Assembly (NCBI RefSeq): GCF_018350175.1
Contig: NC_058368.1
Span: 109,060,001-109,124,000, forward strand
DNA: 64,000 nt
Source of the DNA: Felis catus
Lineage: Eukaryota
Direction of reading: 5' to 3'
Positions 1 to 13,534 of the stretch are shown in pieces; position 1 is the first letter of the stretch, and each line of letters opens with the position of its first letter. The position numbers were made by a program, and so were the translations under genes. The notes below the pieces were generated by a model. The model saw only the letters and a program-made list of their open reading frames with translations, was not told the DNA's origin and made no database searches.

Positions 1-383
1 TTGGGCCCCTCTTCAGGGAAGAAGGGGGACCTAGAGCCATGGCTGTGTGGGCTCCAGTAGGAGAGCAATGGGGAGCTGACCCTTAACCCATCCTTCCCAG
101 CACCCCAATTCAGAACTTGTCCTGCTCCATTCCCTAAATGGACCAGGCTCGACCCACTGCCAGGCCTTCTTTATGGGCATGCAAACTGTGCAGTCATATG
201 GGGCTCCAAAGTTGTTTGTAATGCTCTGCTACTAACATCTTGAAATTCTTCATAGTTTTTGAACAAAGGGTCTTGCATTTTCAGATTGTACCAGGTAGCC
301 AATCCTGCTCGCGCTACCTTTGCCATGTAATCCCTGGCTCCACATATAACAGTCTTCCTCTTTCCTTTCTGTCTTTAAGTCTT

Positions 384-589
384 TCTTTTTCCTTAATGTT
401 TATTTATTTTTGAGAGAGAGAGAGAGAGAGAGCAGGAGAGGGGCAGAGAGAGACACACAGAATCCAAAGCAGGCTCCAGGCTCCAAGCTGTCAGCACAGA
501 GCCCGACATGGGGCTCAAATTCATGAATCGTGAGATCATGACCTGAGCTGAAGTCAGACCCTCAACTGACTGAGCCACCCAGGCGCCCC
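384..589 (-). mobile_element. CanSINE (SINEC)
   Basis: Reverse complement of GGGGCGCCTGGGTGGCTCAG head, (CT)n and A-tail; TSD ctgtctttaagtctt on both sides. Confidence 0.9.
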
Positions 590-2002
590 TGTCTTTAAGT
601 CTTATTTATCCTACTCTAAGGCAAAATCCTGACAGAAAAATACTCAAAAACCACAAAGGAGAGCACATTCTCTTTGAAGAGCTTTTCTGCTTGACTGCAG
701 ATGGAATGGTGACAGTGAACAATAGACACATCAATACCCCTACCACACTTGAGAGTTTCTCAGCTCTGCCCAGCGCTAAAGGCTGTGGTAGAGGTCTTTT
801 GCCCTTGGTCCTAGTGTCTTCCATGAAGAATTATAGGGGATGGTATTTAATAAGCTCATTTGCCTGACCTTTGGAGTTCTTGTCCAAAGCATGACATGGG
901 TGCAAGGTTGGTACAAGATCAAGCCTGAGCTGGTATCTAGCAAGCCCATTTACTGCTATGACTTCAGACAAACCCAGTCTCAGAACCTCAGTTCACTCTT
1001 ACACAAAGCAGGCAAAACAACATGTTAGGAGGCTTTGGAGTCTCAGTTTTATGAATCTGTGTGTTGGGGCAGATTCCAAGCTCTTTTCTGACACTTTGGC
1101 TAGTGATTTTTCAGAAGTGGGTGGCCACTAATTCAGGTGTATGTCCTGTCTATGCCTTCTAACCCATGGCATGACAGGGCACATGAATCCAGGCATACAG
1201 TTTTGGAGGGTTTGTGCCCTTTCCCCTGAAGCCCATTCAGGAACCCCAGTTGAAGAAAAACTGTACTCTGGACGTGGTCTCAGATTCATCCTCTGCTTGT
1301 GCCTGGGGGACAGAGAGTCAAGTTCCTGGCCCACTTTGTTTTTCCTCTGCAGAGCTATGCTTGGGCTTTCTGCCTGTAGCCAGGATCGTGGGTGCCAGGA
1401 GAGGCGGCCTCATGAATCTTGTTATTGTCTTTAGGACGGGAGTGTTCTCAAGGACCTTATCCTCAACATCACAGCGTGACCCCTTTGTGGAAGGAAGTCT
1501 ACAGGAGAGACTTCTCTCAGGTCTTAGTACTTAGAAAAACTAAATTCTGCAGAACGAGTATATCACTTTGCCTATGGGGATCCTGCGAGCTGAGCCACAG
1601 GGATCTTCAGAGCTGGCTTTCAGAGCGTCTCTGGCAAGCATGCAGGCCCCTGGGCAGGACAGCTGGCTGTGGGTCTAATCCTGGCTTGGTTATTTTGCAA
1701 CCCTTCCTCCCCTCTGTTGTGTGCCCTGACTCCTTAGCCTTTTGTTTTACACTTTTCTCTTGGATGCGTCCTGCTGGAGACTGAAGTGTGATATAAATAT
1801 GTGAATTCATTTTTAAATCTATTTTAGGGAAGTTGTGAGGATTAAGAACTGAACTGCTTAATGAATGTCATGGAAGCAGTTCTACCACCAAGTGGAGGGG
1901 GGATTGGGTAGGAGGCAGGAGGTTTTCCTGTAGACTGGATCATCTTGCCACACATAGCAGTCCCTTGACCCAGAGCCCCCAAAATACCTATGGGTACCTG
2001 CA

Positions 2003-2094
2003 GTATATATGTGTATATGGATGTATATATATTTCATATATACATATATATACATACATATACACATATATTTCATTCATATATATATATATAT
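2003..2094. repeat. Imperfect (TA)n/(CATA)n microsatellite
   Basis: Direct reading. Confidence 0.85.
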
Positions 2095-2941
2095 GAAAGC
2101 TCACTGAGCACACTTTGAAATCTTTGCAACTTCCCTTGAAATTTTGCTGACTTGACTAAATTGAAGAGCTGGGAGCTGAAATTCCTGCTGAAGCCCTCAT
2201 GTTATGGATCTACCAGCAGGGACTTGTTAGGGGTGTGACAGCCCACAGGCCCTGGGGAATTGGAGGAACCACCTTTCTGGAAAGGCTGGGTAGGAAGGGT
2301 AGGAAAGAGTGTGGAGGAGTGTAGAGGGGAGATAAGGGGTGCTGGGGAGGTATAGATACCCACCCCCCACCACACAGTGGGTCCTGAATTTAGGCTCCAA
2401 ACTCAGCCTATGGTGTGAATAGAGCAGCGAACACAGGGTTTTCTGGAGGAGTCTGTTCAGAAAATATAATCATAGACCACTTGCACTTTTCAACAAAGCA
2501 GAGGAAACTTCTATGCCTGGACCAAGGGACCAGGCCCTCTTCCCTGCCCCTGGGGAGTTTCAAACACCTTCCCTCCATGCTTGGATGCCTTCTGAAGCAG
2601 AAATACTACCTTGCTTCATACTGCTTCACAGCTGAGGGGTCACCGGTCACAGCCGTGGCCTCGGCTAGCTTTTTGCTATGGGACGCAAGAAGAGCCAAGG
2701 CATTACCCTCCCTTACCTGGAGAACAGGAAGGTGAATCTCAGGGAGGGCAGTGACTTGCCCCAGTAAGTGCTAGAGTCAAGAGTCAACCCCAGGGTGAGA
2801 CCTAGGCCCTTAGCACAAAGTTGACAGCCTGTCACAGGGGAGGAGAACCTTTTCCAGCTGCCATGCTACTCCCTCAGATCTGGGCTGGGACTGGGCCTGC
2901 TGGAGGGCCAGGTCCATACTTCATGTTGTCTTCTCTGACAG

Positions 2942-3045
2942 TGGAGTCTAGTGTGTGAAGATGACTGGAAGACGCCCCTCACCTCCTCCCTGTTCTTCCT
3001 GGGTGTGCTCTTTGGCTCCTTTGTGTCCGGGCAGCTATCAGACAG
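2942..3045 (+). CDS. SLC22A4: SLC22A4 (OCTN1) coding exon 2
   Basis: ctgacag|TGG...GACAG|gtaagg; 104 nt; [35 protein letters not shown], the SLC22 W-x-LVC motif plus TM2. Confidence 0.96.
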
Positions 3046-3348
3046 GTAAGGAGGCTGGGAGGGAGAAAGGGTGGGATAGAGCCCCTTGTCCATTCACTAT
3101 CTGTCTGGGAGTTGAACTGAATTTTGGGTATTTCTACCCAGAGAAAGAGAGGCCCCTCATACCAACAAGTCAGTGCAAGGAGGAGCCCTAATGTCTCACA
3201 TCTTCCCTGCCCTCGTTTACTTATTGGAACCTTACTTTGTTCAGTTTTCCCAGCCTTGCACTTCCAGGGTTTTGCCCAAAGGTCGGGAGGAGGCAATGGT
3301 CCCACTGGAGACTGGAGTCTTTATATCACCAAACTTCTCAAAAAAAGA

Positions 3349-3349
<1 letters not shown>

Positions 3350-3390
<41 letters not shown>
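3350..3390. repeat. (CA)n microsatellite
   Basis: About 20 perfect units. Confidence 0.95.
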
Positions 3391-3393
<3 letters not shown>

Positions 3394-3899
3394 GCTGGCA
3401 TCACCACTGCCTCCTCATCCTATCCCTAACTCTCAGATGGCAGATGATCTGTCCACAAACAGCCATCAGTCAGAGTAAGGGCCAGACAGTGAGTGCCCAC
3501 ATCGCTGCTATGCAGGGCACCAGGGCCACAGACTGACCGAGGCTGGTTGTGGACCTCCTGGATCTCAATCTAGAGGAGACAGCATTGCAGCTCCAGGAGA
3601 AGTGCCCCACTGGCCCCTGAATGTTCTATGGGGACCAGAGCAGGAAGGTGGGAATGCTAAACGGCAGTGTTGAGAAGGCTTCCCAGAGGAATGCCTATCA
3701 CTCCGCCACTTACCAAGTCCAAAGGAACAGCAAACCCAACAGCCTGAGATCTGATTTTGGAAAATGACGTAGGAGACAGTTTTGCCCACGCCTGTGCTCC
3801 ATTCTACTCATTGGTCACTATCAGAAAGCAAAGTGAAGGCTTAAGCCAATTCTCAGCATGTCTACTGTTAACAGCTACTTTTCCCATAGAGAACTGGCT

Positions 3900-4060
3900 T
3901 GCAATTTTGTTTGCACATTAGACTCATCTGGGAATTTTTTTTAAATCCTGACACGCAAACTGCACCCTAGACAATAAGAATCTTAGGAGGTGAGATGCTG
4001 ACGCGAGCATTTTTTTGGCACCAGGGGGTTTCAAGTACAGCTAAGGTTGAAGACTACTGC
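3900..4060. mobile_element. MER5-like hAT-Charlie MITE
   Basis: cacattagactcatctggga...caaactgcaccctagac...aaggttgaagactactg resembles MER5A. Confidence 0.5.
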
Positions 4061-4486
4061 CATAAAGGGAGTCTTCACTCTGGATTGACACAATTCCCAT
4101 ATTGCTGATAGATGTATCTGTAATCTGTACTTAACAATTTGCCAGAAATGTGGTGGTAGCTTCTTCCTGTGGCTTGTTCTAAAGAGCAGAATTCTATGTG
4201 GTCCTTGCATGAGCCACTCTGTGATTTCAAGATATGGGGCCTTTACAGAAGGTTTTGAATCTCAGAAGTCATCTCCTGGGTAGATGGATGCCCAAGACCT
4301 CACCAAGGAAGAAGTGGGAGGATGAGACAGGGAGAAAAGTCTGTCACACAGCCCTGAAAACAAACAAACAGACAAACAAACAAACAAACAAATCACAAAG
4401 TCTGCAGTGATGCCTGACTCAGGGCTTGCCACATGCCCAGCTGTGAACTGCACATGCCATCTTTTGTGCTGTGCTGTATTCTACAG

Positions 4487-4641
4487 GTTTGGCAGGAAGA
4501 ACATCCTCTTTGCGACCATGGCTGTGCAAACTGGCTTCAGCTTCCTACAGATTTTCTCCATCAACTGGGAAATGTTTACTGTGTTATTTGTCATCGTGGG
4601 CATGGGACAGATCTCCAACTATGTGGTGGCCTTCATTCTAG
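4487..4641 (+). CDS. SLC22A4: SLC22A4 coding exon 3
   Basis: ctacag|G...CTAG|gtaaga; 155 nt; [51 protein letters not shown] (MFS motif A; OCTN1-type residues). Confidence 0.97.
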
Positions 4642-5909
4642 GTAAGAATGTTTTCTGATGCTCAGGCCTTCTCCTTCAAACCTTTTGAGAGGCCAGGAAG
4701 AAGGGACCACCAAAGAGGAGCATGGGGAGTGCTCTTAGGACAGCAGGAGGCTCCTCAACCCATGGGCTGTGCTTCTAAAGCATGATCAGCCTCAGACATA
4801 TGTGTGTTGGGGAGGGGGCTGAAGCCTCAGGTTCTTTGATCTGGTCACAGGCAAGGCAGGCACCCACAAGGCTGGGCTCTGGAATGTAGTGGTAGATAGA
4901 AGCTGGAGCTGATAGGAACCAGCCACACAATAGCTGAGCACAATTCAGCAACACGGGGCTTGGCAAAGGCACAAAGTTGGGGTGCTGGGGATGTCTTTGA
5001 CTTGAGTTTTGAAAGCTTGGGACGTCTGCCTGTGTCAGGGCAAAAGTGTTCCTGGCAGCTGTGCATGGCCTGTGGAAGAACTTAGGGTAGATGGTGTAGC
5101 CGGTACACAGGTAGAAGAGGCAGGCATGTGCCAGACAGGAGTTCAGTGCCAGTCTGCCATCCCTGGGCAGGTCTGGTGGAGCTCACTCCAGAGCATATCA
5201 GCAGTGTGCAGGATGAAGTCTTGCTGATAATAGTCCTATCTCCTAACAACAGCCTTACTTCTGTAGTCTCAGGCTGCTGAGTGGGACACACAAACTAAAA
5301 GACATGAGGAGGCCCCCAGGGCCCTCACCAGCATTTCCTGAGAGGAAGTGAGGTGAGCTCCAAGCAGGCTGACCAGGGTCACCCATGAGAGCAAGCACCC
5401 CAACATGCTCTCTGAGCCCACCTGCTGACTCTGACCAGCTGAGAGGAGGAGAAATGAGGGGCCCTTCTGGAACAATAGACAACAGTTCCTATAATCTCTA
5501 GGCTGACAATATATCCTTGTTGATTCATTGCTGACCCAGTTTGCCCCTATTGTCACAGTGTAATTATTAACACGCCCTTTTAATGTAAGTCTAACAATTC
5601 TTCCTGCTGCGTCTGGTAAGATGGAGTCTGATTGCTTTTAAGAATCTGAATGACTCCCTGGATTTGGAGATGCTATGCTCTCTTAGTTGCGGACGTGTAC
5701 ACTCTCTGTGAGGTTGTTAAGATGGAATTGCTCACATTCCACTCCTTTAATGATTTGTGAAGAGCTCCCACAGCCAAGGTGTCTGAAGATGGGGGAAGGG
5801 AAGAGCATGCTGGAGCCACATGGTCCTGGCAGTTAGCACCCTCTTCAGCAGGCCCCAGCAGGAGGGGGGCCTCCCTCTTCCTTGTGGGGAAAGAGGAGAG
5901 CCAGATGTT

Positions 5910-6115
5910 CTTTTTTTTTTTTTTAAGACAGACAGACAGATAGACAGTGTGAGCAGGGGAGGGGCAGAGGGAGAGGGAGACACAAAATCCAAAGCAGGCC
6001 CCAGGCTCAGAGCTGTCAGCACAGAGCCCGACACAGGGCTTGAACTCACGAACCGTGAGATCATGACCTGAACTGAAGTTGGATGCCTAACTGACTGAGC
6101 CACTCAGGTGCCCCA
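5910..6115 (-). mobile_element. CanSINE
   Basis: SINEC body in reverse orientation with T-run. Confidence 0.9.
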
Positions 6116-7864
6116 AGAGCCAGGTGTTCTTAAAGAAGGTCCTTTGTGTAGAGGACACACAGCTTCAGGCCAGTAGTACTAGAAATGAGAAATTGGAGGA
6201 ATTTAGGATGAAATTGCAACCTCCTAATGCTTCATGGCTGCAAGGACACAGGGCTCTTGAATAAAGCCTATTTGTTCTCATGGGCAAAATCTCCCAGAAT
6301 CCATCTTCCTAGGGGTGATCCTCCCTAGGTCCAAAAAGACCAATTTGTGGCTATACTTGGGCCAGACACATACCAGAGACTAAACAGGTCTCCCCAAAGC
6401 AGATGATTCTGCCTGAGATTGGCAGACTCCTTTAAGGAGGGCCTAAAAGACCATCTAAAAGGGAAGGGCAGAAAATCATGGTGAAGCCAGAGAAACCCTA
6501 TCATTGGGATTGGGAGCCAGGTGGGGTTTGTCCCAGACCTAGTGTCCCCCAGGTTCTACTGAACGGCCAATATTGAGTCCTGCCTTTCCAGGGGCGTAGG
6601 ATGCTTCTGGAGCCTTGGAACCTCCCCTGTGTGAGTGGATGAGGCTGGAAGAGCATCCCACAGGGAAATCCTGCCCAGCTGGCCCTGACACTACAACCTA
6701 CTCCCCTCCCTGGTCCCCATGTAAGAGAAGTGACAGGGCCAAGGGGAAAGTAAGATCATGTACAATCAATCAGAGCCCACATGTACAAGCCAGCAATCAG
6801 TGAGCTGGATGCTGGGTGCAACAGGCTCCCCATCCATCCACCTGGGTCCCAGAGCCTCCTTGGCTATTGCGCTTTCATTGCACTTACAGGAAACTGCCGA
6901 CTTTTGTATCCTTGTATGAGACCCTTTTTGTTGGGTTCTCTGGATGCACATTTAAGAACATCACTGAAAACCAATGTGCCCCCTGGAGCAGCGGACTCAC
7001 GTCAGTGCCTGGGGCCGGCCAGGTGGCATGGTTGGCGTGGAGTGCGAGCACTTGGTGGAGGCTGGCTTCTCCTGCAGCACAGCGGCGCTCTCTAGTGTTC
7101 CAGGGCTAAAACAGCGAATTCCGGGTTTCAAGTAAAAAAAATAAACTGAAGTTTGGGGTCTGGGCCTTCTCTTTTGCCCTCTGGCTCTAGGGAAGGACTG
7201 GCAAGACTCTGTGATGATAATCTCATTTTAAGAGGCTTCACGTTAATTCAGGAAGCTGAATTGCTCCCATTCTCAACGATGCAGAAGTGGACCTTTTAAA
7301 AATTGTAAAACCTGGCAGAATCTCAGGAGACAAGAAAAGGAAGGGAAGGAACAATGCTAGCCAAAGGAACATGAAGTGGATACCCCTGGAAGTGAGGGCA
7401 CTGCCACAACCATGCTAGTTTAGGAGGAAATGACCACTCAGGACCAATGACACTGACCCTTTCTACACTCTAGCTGCCCCCCACCGTCTCCCACTGTTTC
7501 CCAGAAATTATGCCTTCAAGCCATCCACAGCCTTCTGGGTAAAATGCCACAGGCTCCTCCTTTATCCCTCATCACTACCTGTCCAAATTTATTTTGCACA
7601 GTTAACTGCCTTCCTGTCTTGACCAATCCATTAATTCAGTATTTTCCTAGTACTCCTAACTTCAACCTCCTATGCAATATTTGTGCCAGCATGCCGAACG
7701 ATTTAAAACTCTGCTTCCTCTGGTGTCTACATGTGTTTTTCCTTTTCATAAGTATGTAACTGATGGCATCTTCCTTTATAACTTTGGCTACCAGAAAGCT
7801 CAGGCAAAATTGAAATTTCACTATATCAATTGTGCAGTCTTTTTTAGCCACATATTTTTAAAAT

Positions 7865-7905
7865 GGTTTTTTGGGTTTTTTTTGTTTTTTTTTTGTTTTT
7901 TTTTT

Positions 7906-7959
<54 letters not shown>

Positions 7960-8670
7960 AGCGTGCGTGCCCATACAAGCTGGGCAGGGGCAGAGAAGGA
8001 GAGGGACAGAGGTTCCAAAGCAGGCTTTGTGCTGACGATGGCAGAGAGCCTGACGCAGGGCTCGAACTCACGAACCACAAGATCATGACCTGAGCAGAAG
8101 TCAGACACTTAACTGAGCCACTCAGGCACCCCTAAATTGTTTTTATTTTTTTTATTTTTTTAAATTTTTTTTTTCAACGTTTATTTATTTTTGGGACAGA
8201 GAGAGACAGAGCATGAACGGGGGAGGGGCAGAGAGAGAGGGAGACACAGAATCGGAAACAGGCTCCAGGCTCTGAGCCATCAGCCCAGAGCCCGACGCGG
8301 GGCTCGAACTCACGGACCGCGAGATCGTGACCTGGCTGAAGTCGGACGCTTAACCGACTGCGCCACCCAGGCGCCCCCCTAAATTGTTTTTAAATTAAGG
8401 TGTAATTTGCATACCATACTATGCACTCTTTTAAAATGTGTATTTAAAACTTTTTAGTGTTTATTTTATTTTTGAGAGAGAGAGAAAAAGAGAGAGACAG
8501 CACATGAGCAGGGGAGGGGTAGAGAAAGAGGGAGACACAGAATCAGAAGCAGGCTCCAAGCTCTGAGCTGTCAGTACAGAGCACAACATGGGGCTCGATC
8601 TCATGAACCACAAGATCATGACCTGAGCTCAAGTTGGATGCTTAACCTACTGAGACACCCAGGTGCCCCT
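7865..8670 (-). mobile_element. Cluster of three CanSINEs (~7865-8132, ~8146-8379, ~8450-8669)
   Basis: Three reverse SINEC bodies; the middle copy is CpG-rich with TSD taaattgttttta. Confidence 0.9.
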
Positions 8671-9210
8671 AAAATGTGTATTTTAGTGGTTATTACTATA
8701 TTCACAAAGTTGTACAACCATCAGCTTTTTCTAACTCCAGGACTTTTTCATCACCTCCCCCCAAACTCTGTACCCATTAGCAGGGACTCCCCATTTTCCT
8801 CTTTTCCTAGCCCTTGGCAACCACTGATCTACTTTCTGTCCATATGGATTTATCTATTCTGAACATTTCAGATAAGTGGAATCATACAATATGTGACCTT
8901 TGTGACTGACTTGCTTCACTTGATGTTTTCAAGGTTGGTCCATGCTATAGCATGAATCATTATTCCATTGAGTGATTTACTACATCTTGTTCATCCATAC
9001 ATCAGTTGATGGGCATCTCGGTTGTTTCCATTTTTTGGTTATCAAAAAGAATGCTGCTATCAAACATATGAGTACAGAGTTTTTTTGTGGATATGTGTTT
9101 TTCAGTTCTCCTGTATATATACCTAGGAGTGGAATTGCCAGGTCATATGGTAATTTTATGTTTAACCGTTTAAGGAAGTGCCATAGTGTTTTTCAAAGTG
9201 ATCAGTTGCA
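8670..9210 (-). mobile_element. Old L1 3' fragment
   Basis: ggaatcatacaatatgtgacc, acctaggagtggaattgccaggtcatatggtaa: antisense L1M ORF2/3'UTR. Confidence 0.8.
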
Positions 9211-11596
9211 TATTTTTTGTTCTTTTCTCCGAGGCATAACTTTTACCTTTCTTTGTATTTTACTTTAATGTTACCATTTTCTTATTGTATTCAAATTATT
9301 AGCTACCTCAAAGACTTCAAGGGATGAGATGGGATATAAATACATTAAAAAGATGCAGAAATTTGTTGTCACCCCTTTTTTGCACTGCATCATGTGAAGA
9401 AAGATCTGGAGGGACCCAGGGAGGAGCAAGGACTCATGCTTGTCTGTTTTATCAAGGAGTTTACATCTGGTCAACAGAGGCAGTCAATGCAGTTGTTACT
9501 GAGGACATGAGACATGGGTGAGGTAGGGGTGGCTATATGCTGGATATATGCAGGGATAGGAAATGTTACTTTTAACTAGAATGATCTCTTTAGGTTCATA
9601 GAAGGGAGAGAAGTAGCCCTGAGTAGGGGAATATCTGTTAATTTGGAGAGAATTCTGAGTATTTTCCAGGGAGCAAAGAGAGGTTCTACTGTCTGACCTC
9701 TTGATCAAAGGCACCATACTTCCCATCATTCCTCTGACATCCAGCATATTTCAATTGTTTGACAAGGATAAAAGAATTAGCTATTTCTGAGAACCTGTCA
9801 TATGCCAGATGCTCTACTAGGCACTTTACACACAGTATCTCAGTCCTTGTAATAAGAACTCCATGAAGTTCTTATCAAACTTATCAAAATTTCTCTAGTA
9901 GTAAGCGAGTGTCAAGGAGCCCAGGCTTTCTGCAGGTGCCACTCTGCATATGGTTTCTGTACGCACAACCCAGGGGCCCCTGCCTCCTACTCCTGATTCT
10001 GGCAACTGCCCCACCTTATTTCTTGAGCTGGGGTCTGCCACAGGCCCGTGTTAGTCATTCATGGAAGAGCATGTCCTGCCTCCATGTGGAATGGATTCAG
10101 TGGTTCCTGGGATGACTCCCACAGAAGGGCCTTGATCAATGCAGAAGTGAGCCTGGCCCTCCCTGAGTCACCCACTTGGACAGAGTACCCTCTTGGAGAG
10201 AGTACTTAGCTTCAGGGGGTAGTGACAGGCAAAAGGCAAACACTCCTGGCCAGGACAGGCCCTTCTGGCTTAGATGACAGAGTCTTACTCCCAAGAGACA
10301 CTCCAAGAACCAACTAGACCAAGACCAACTAGCAGCAAAAACCTAGGGTGTAAACAAGGCCAGGAGAGGCATTCCCAGCCAGGAGAACCAGAAGTCACTG
10401 CTGTCACCTGTGGGGCAGCTACAGCCTGTGAAAGGTCTGCAGGAACCAAGGCTCCTCTCTTAGCATTCCTCCCTCTGAGAGGGCTGGTTGGCCTCCAGTT
10501 GGTTCGAAGACCAGCCCAGGAAGGGAAAACACAAATCCTCGCTTCTTGAAAGGAGACCGTGGCCTGACCCATCTCCCGTGAATGTCTCCTTTAGGAGTCT
10601 CAGGTGAAGGACTGGTTGAGAAGGCCCAGGCTTTGACCCCAGGTGATTTTTTATACATGCTGTGAAGCGAGACCATTTACTTCAGCTGTTTAAGTCTCAG
10701 CTGATTATGTGTAAAACAGAAGTAATATTCACTTTTGCACAATTATTGTGATGCTTCAAAGAGATAATAGATGTAAACACTTCGTCTAGAACCTGACTCA
10801 AAGTGCCGGCTGAAAATAAATGCTAGTGTGAAGATGATGGTGATGATGAGGACAATGATAATGTTTACAGAGGGGTGATGGTCTAAAAGTCACAGAGCAG
10901 GAAGTCGTGCTAATAAGGAACTCTTCAGGTTCATGCCATTCATGTGGCTCCACAGAAAGGCAGAGAGGTAGATTTAAAAAGCTCTGTGTCCCATGGGTAC
11001 TCTGCAAAGTCAGAACAACTCTGTTCTGCCCTGACACTCGAGCTTAGAGACAGAGATTATCCAGGAACCCCAGTGGTGTCGCTTCTCTTTCTTATCAGGA
11101 TCGTGGAAGTATGGGGGAGCTCCGTTGCTTCACAATTCTGCAAGATTCTCCCTTGGTCCTGTGCACTTTCTCTTTTCCACAACCAAATCCTCTGCTGCTT
11201 CACTTCTGAATCTCTGCTTAGGAATAAAGCACCCCCTATCCATTCTCACATCACAATAATTACAGCCGAAGTGTTTAGAAACATGGCATGGTGAGTCTGC
11301 CTATGGAGTGGTAGGAGGGTCCTTAGTGAGGTAAGAAAATACCTGAAATTAACACTCATGATCTTCAGAGAAGTCAGGCCCTATTTTTGGAAATTAGTTG
11401 AGAGGCTATAACAGGCCCCAGGTGGTTAGGGCTGTTGCCCGCAGTCTGGGATGTGAGAGGCGCACATTTCTAACAGTCTGCTTTTTAGCAATGGCTGTTC
11501 AAGAGGGAACCACTGAGGCAAACCTCTAAGTCATGCTGAGGAAGAAATGGGTTGGGGATAAGGAACAAGTGGTGAGAATGGGAAACTAGCCAAATA

Positions 11597-12187
11597 CAAT
11601 TGACCCATGAACAAGGGGGTTGGGGTACTGACCCCTCCTTCACCCACACAGTCGAAAATCTCATGTATTACTTTTGACTCCACCAACACTTAACTACTAA
11701 GAGCCTACCATTGATCAGAAGCCTTACTGATAACATACACAGTCCATTAACATATGTATTTTTTTAATGTTTATTTATTTTTGAGAGAGAGAGACAGATC
11801 ATGAGTGGAGGAGGGGCAGAGACAGAGGGAGACACAGAATCCGAATCAGGCTCCAGGCTCTGAGCTGTCAGCACAGAGCCTGAAGTGGGGCTCGAACTCA
11901 CTAACCGTGAGATCATGACTTGAGTCGAAGTCGGATGCTCAACCGACTGAGCCACCCAGTGGCCCCACAATTAACATATTTTTTATGTTGAATATATTAT
12001 TACTGTATTCTTATAATAAAGTTAGCTAGAAAAAAGAAAATGTTATTATGAAAATCATAAGGAAGAGAAATACATTTACAGTACCATACTTATTTACTAA
12101 AACAAAAACAAACAAAACAAAACAAAAAACAAAAACCTTGTGTATGTGGACCCATGGAATTCAAACCCATTGCTCAAGGGTCAACAG
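11597..12187. mobile_element. Tigger2a-like Tc1/mariner element with a CanSINE inserted at ~11760-11968
   Basis: TIRs caattgacccatgaacaa / ttgctcaagggtcaacag flanked by TA. Confidence 0.8.
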
Positions 12188-13362
12188 TAGTAATTGTACT
12201 GCTTCTCTGGAATTAGCCCTTAATTCCTTAGCCTGGGCTCAGGGCATATCAACACATCTGAGAAAATATCTCTTTAAAGACAAGCCTGAACGGTCCTTTG
12301 AATGCTGTTTTGTGTTTCCTGGGTTACTTTTCTGCATTGGTGGGCAGATCTCAAATAAAAGGCAGAGCCGTTGCCATTGGCCAGATCTCTGCCTCGGGGC
12401 AGAGGACCAAGAGTGGACTCCGGAAAGGGCCTGGAACTCTGTGACAACAGAAGGAGCTTCTTCTCAGACTCCCCCATATCAACTGAGAGCTCCAAGAGAC
12501 AGGCAATGTCTCTGGAAGACCTGTGGCACTGAGCACAGCAAGAGCCAACAGCCACCTGTGTGTCCTCTCCCCAAACTAGGGCCCAACGCCAAGCAGTCTT
12601 GGCCCTTTGTGGCGCTCTGGGGAGGCTCCATGAAGTTCCCTGGGTGTGTGGCCAGCTGCAGAGCTGCCTGTCGCCTGCTGGGCCAGTAAATCAGCTGCTT
12701 CTTTTCTTTCCATGGTCTGAATAGACTATTTCTGCCTGGGGCTGATCTCTGGACACAGTGTGGCTGCGGGGAATTCAGCCCTGGATGCTGGAGCCTTCCC
12801 TATGTACCTCAGGAGCCAGCTGGACCCTGTTTATCACTTCCCAGGGCTCAAGGGTGGCTAAAGGTGTCCTAATGCGACTCAGTTAACTATGAACTTCCCA
12901 CTGTTTCCCAAGACCCCACGTCTGTTTATAGTGCAGAACTCTGGGAAAGGCTCCATGCATCACGACCCCACAGAGACCCCCAGAAGAGCCCCAACTGTCT
13001 CCTGGAGCACCCTGTCGGCTCCTCAACCTGGGGCACTCATTTTGGAAATGTGGCCTTCTCAGAAGAGATTACCCCTCAGGGCTGGGCATGATATTTCTGT
13101 GACATGAGATGGCCTTCAAAAGATAAATCTATGGCTCCTTTAAAATCTCATGAAAACTCATCCTTCTCTAAGGTGACAAGTCTTGGGTCACTTCCTGCTT
13201 TCCTTCACCCTGATCATGCCTCCTCTGGGCCACACGGCAAACAAGTGCCTCTTCCCTTTTGCAAGTAATTACAGTTCGAACTCTAACTGCCAGGTAATTG
13301 ATGTAAAACAGCAAATATTAAAGTGAGTTAAAATGCTAATACTCCTCCCTTGTTTTGAACAG

Positions 13363-13534
13363 GAACTGAAATTCTTGGCAAGTCAGTTCGTATTATATTC
13401 TCTACGTTAGGAGTGTGCACATTTTTTGCAGTTGGCTACATGCTGCTGCCACTGTTTGCTTACTTCATCAGAGACTGGCGGATGCTGCTGCTGGCGCTGA
13501 CGGTGCCGGGGGTGCTGTGCATCCCCCTGTGGTG
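13363..13534 (+). CDS. SLC22A4: SLC22A4 coding exon 4
   Basis: gaacag|GA...TGGTG|gtgagt; 172 nt; [57 protein letters not shown]. Confidence 0.97.

Noticed and set aside
393..578. Recurrent MAQSV...SAQVMISRF and ERERER ORFs across the window
   Set aside because: Translations of CanSINEs and their (CT)n tracts, not a gene family.
12048..12689. Longest ORF in the track (213 aa, +)
   Set aside because: Starts inside the Tigger element, includes a simple A-rich repeat, and has no recognisable domain or splice context.
13363..13385. GTEILGKS as a functional P-loop
   Set aside because: A long-noted motif match in OCTN1/2, which are MFS secondary transporters with no NTPase fold; not novel.
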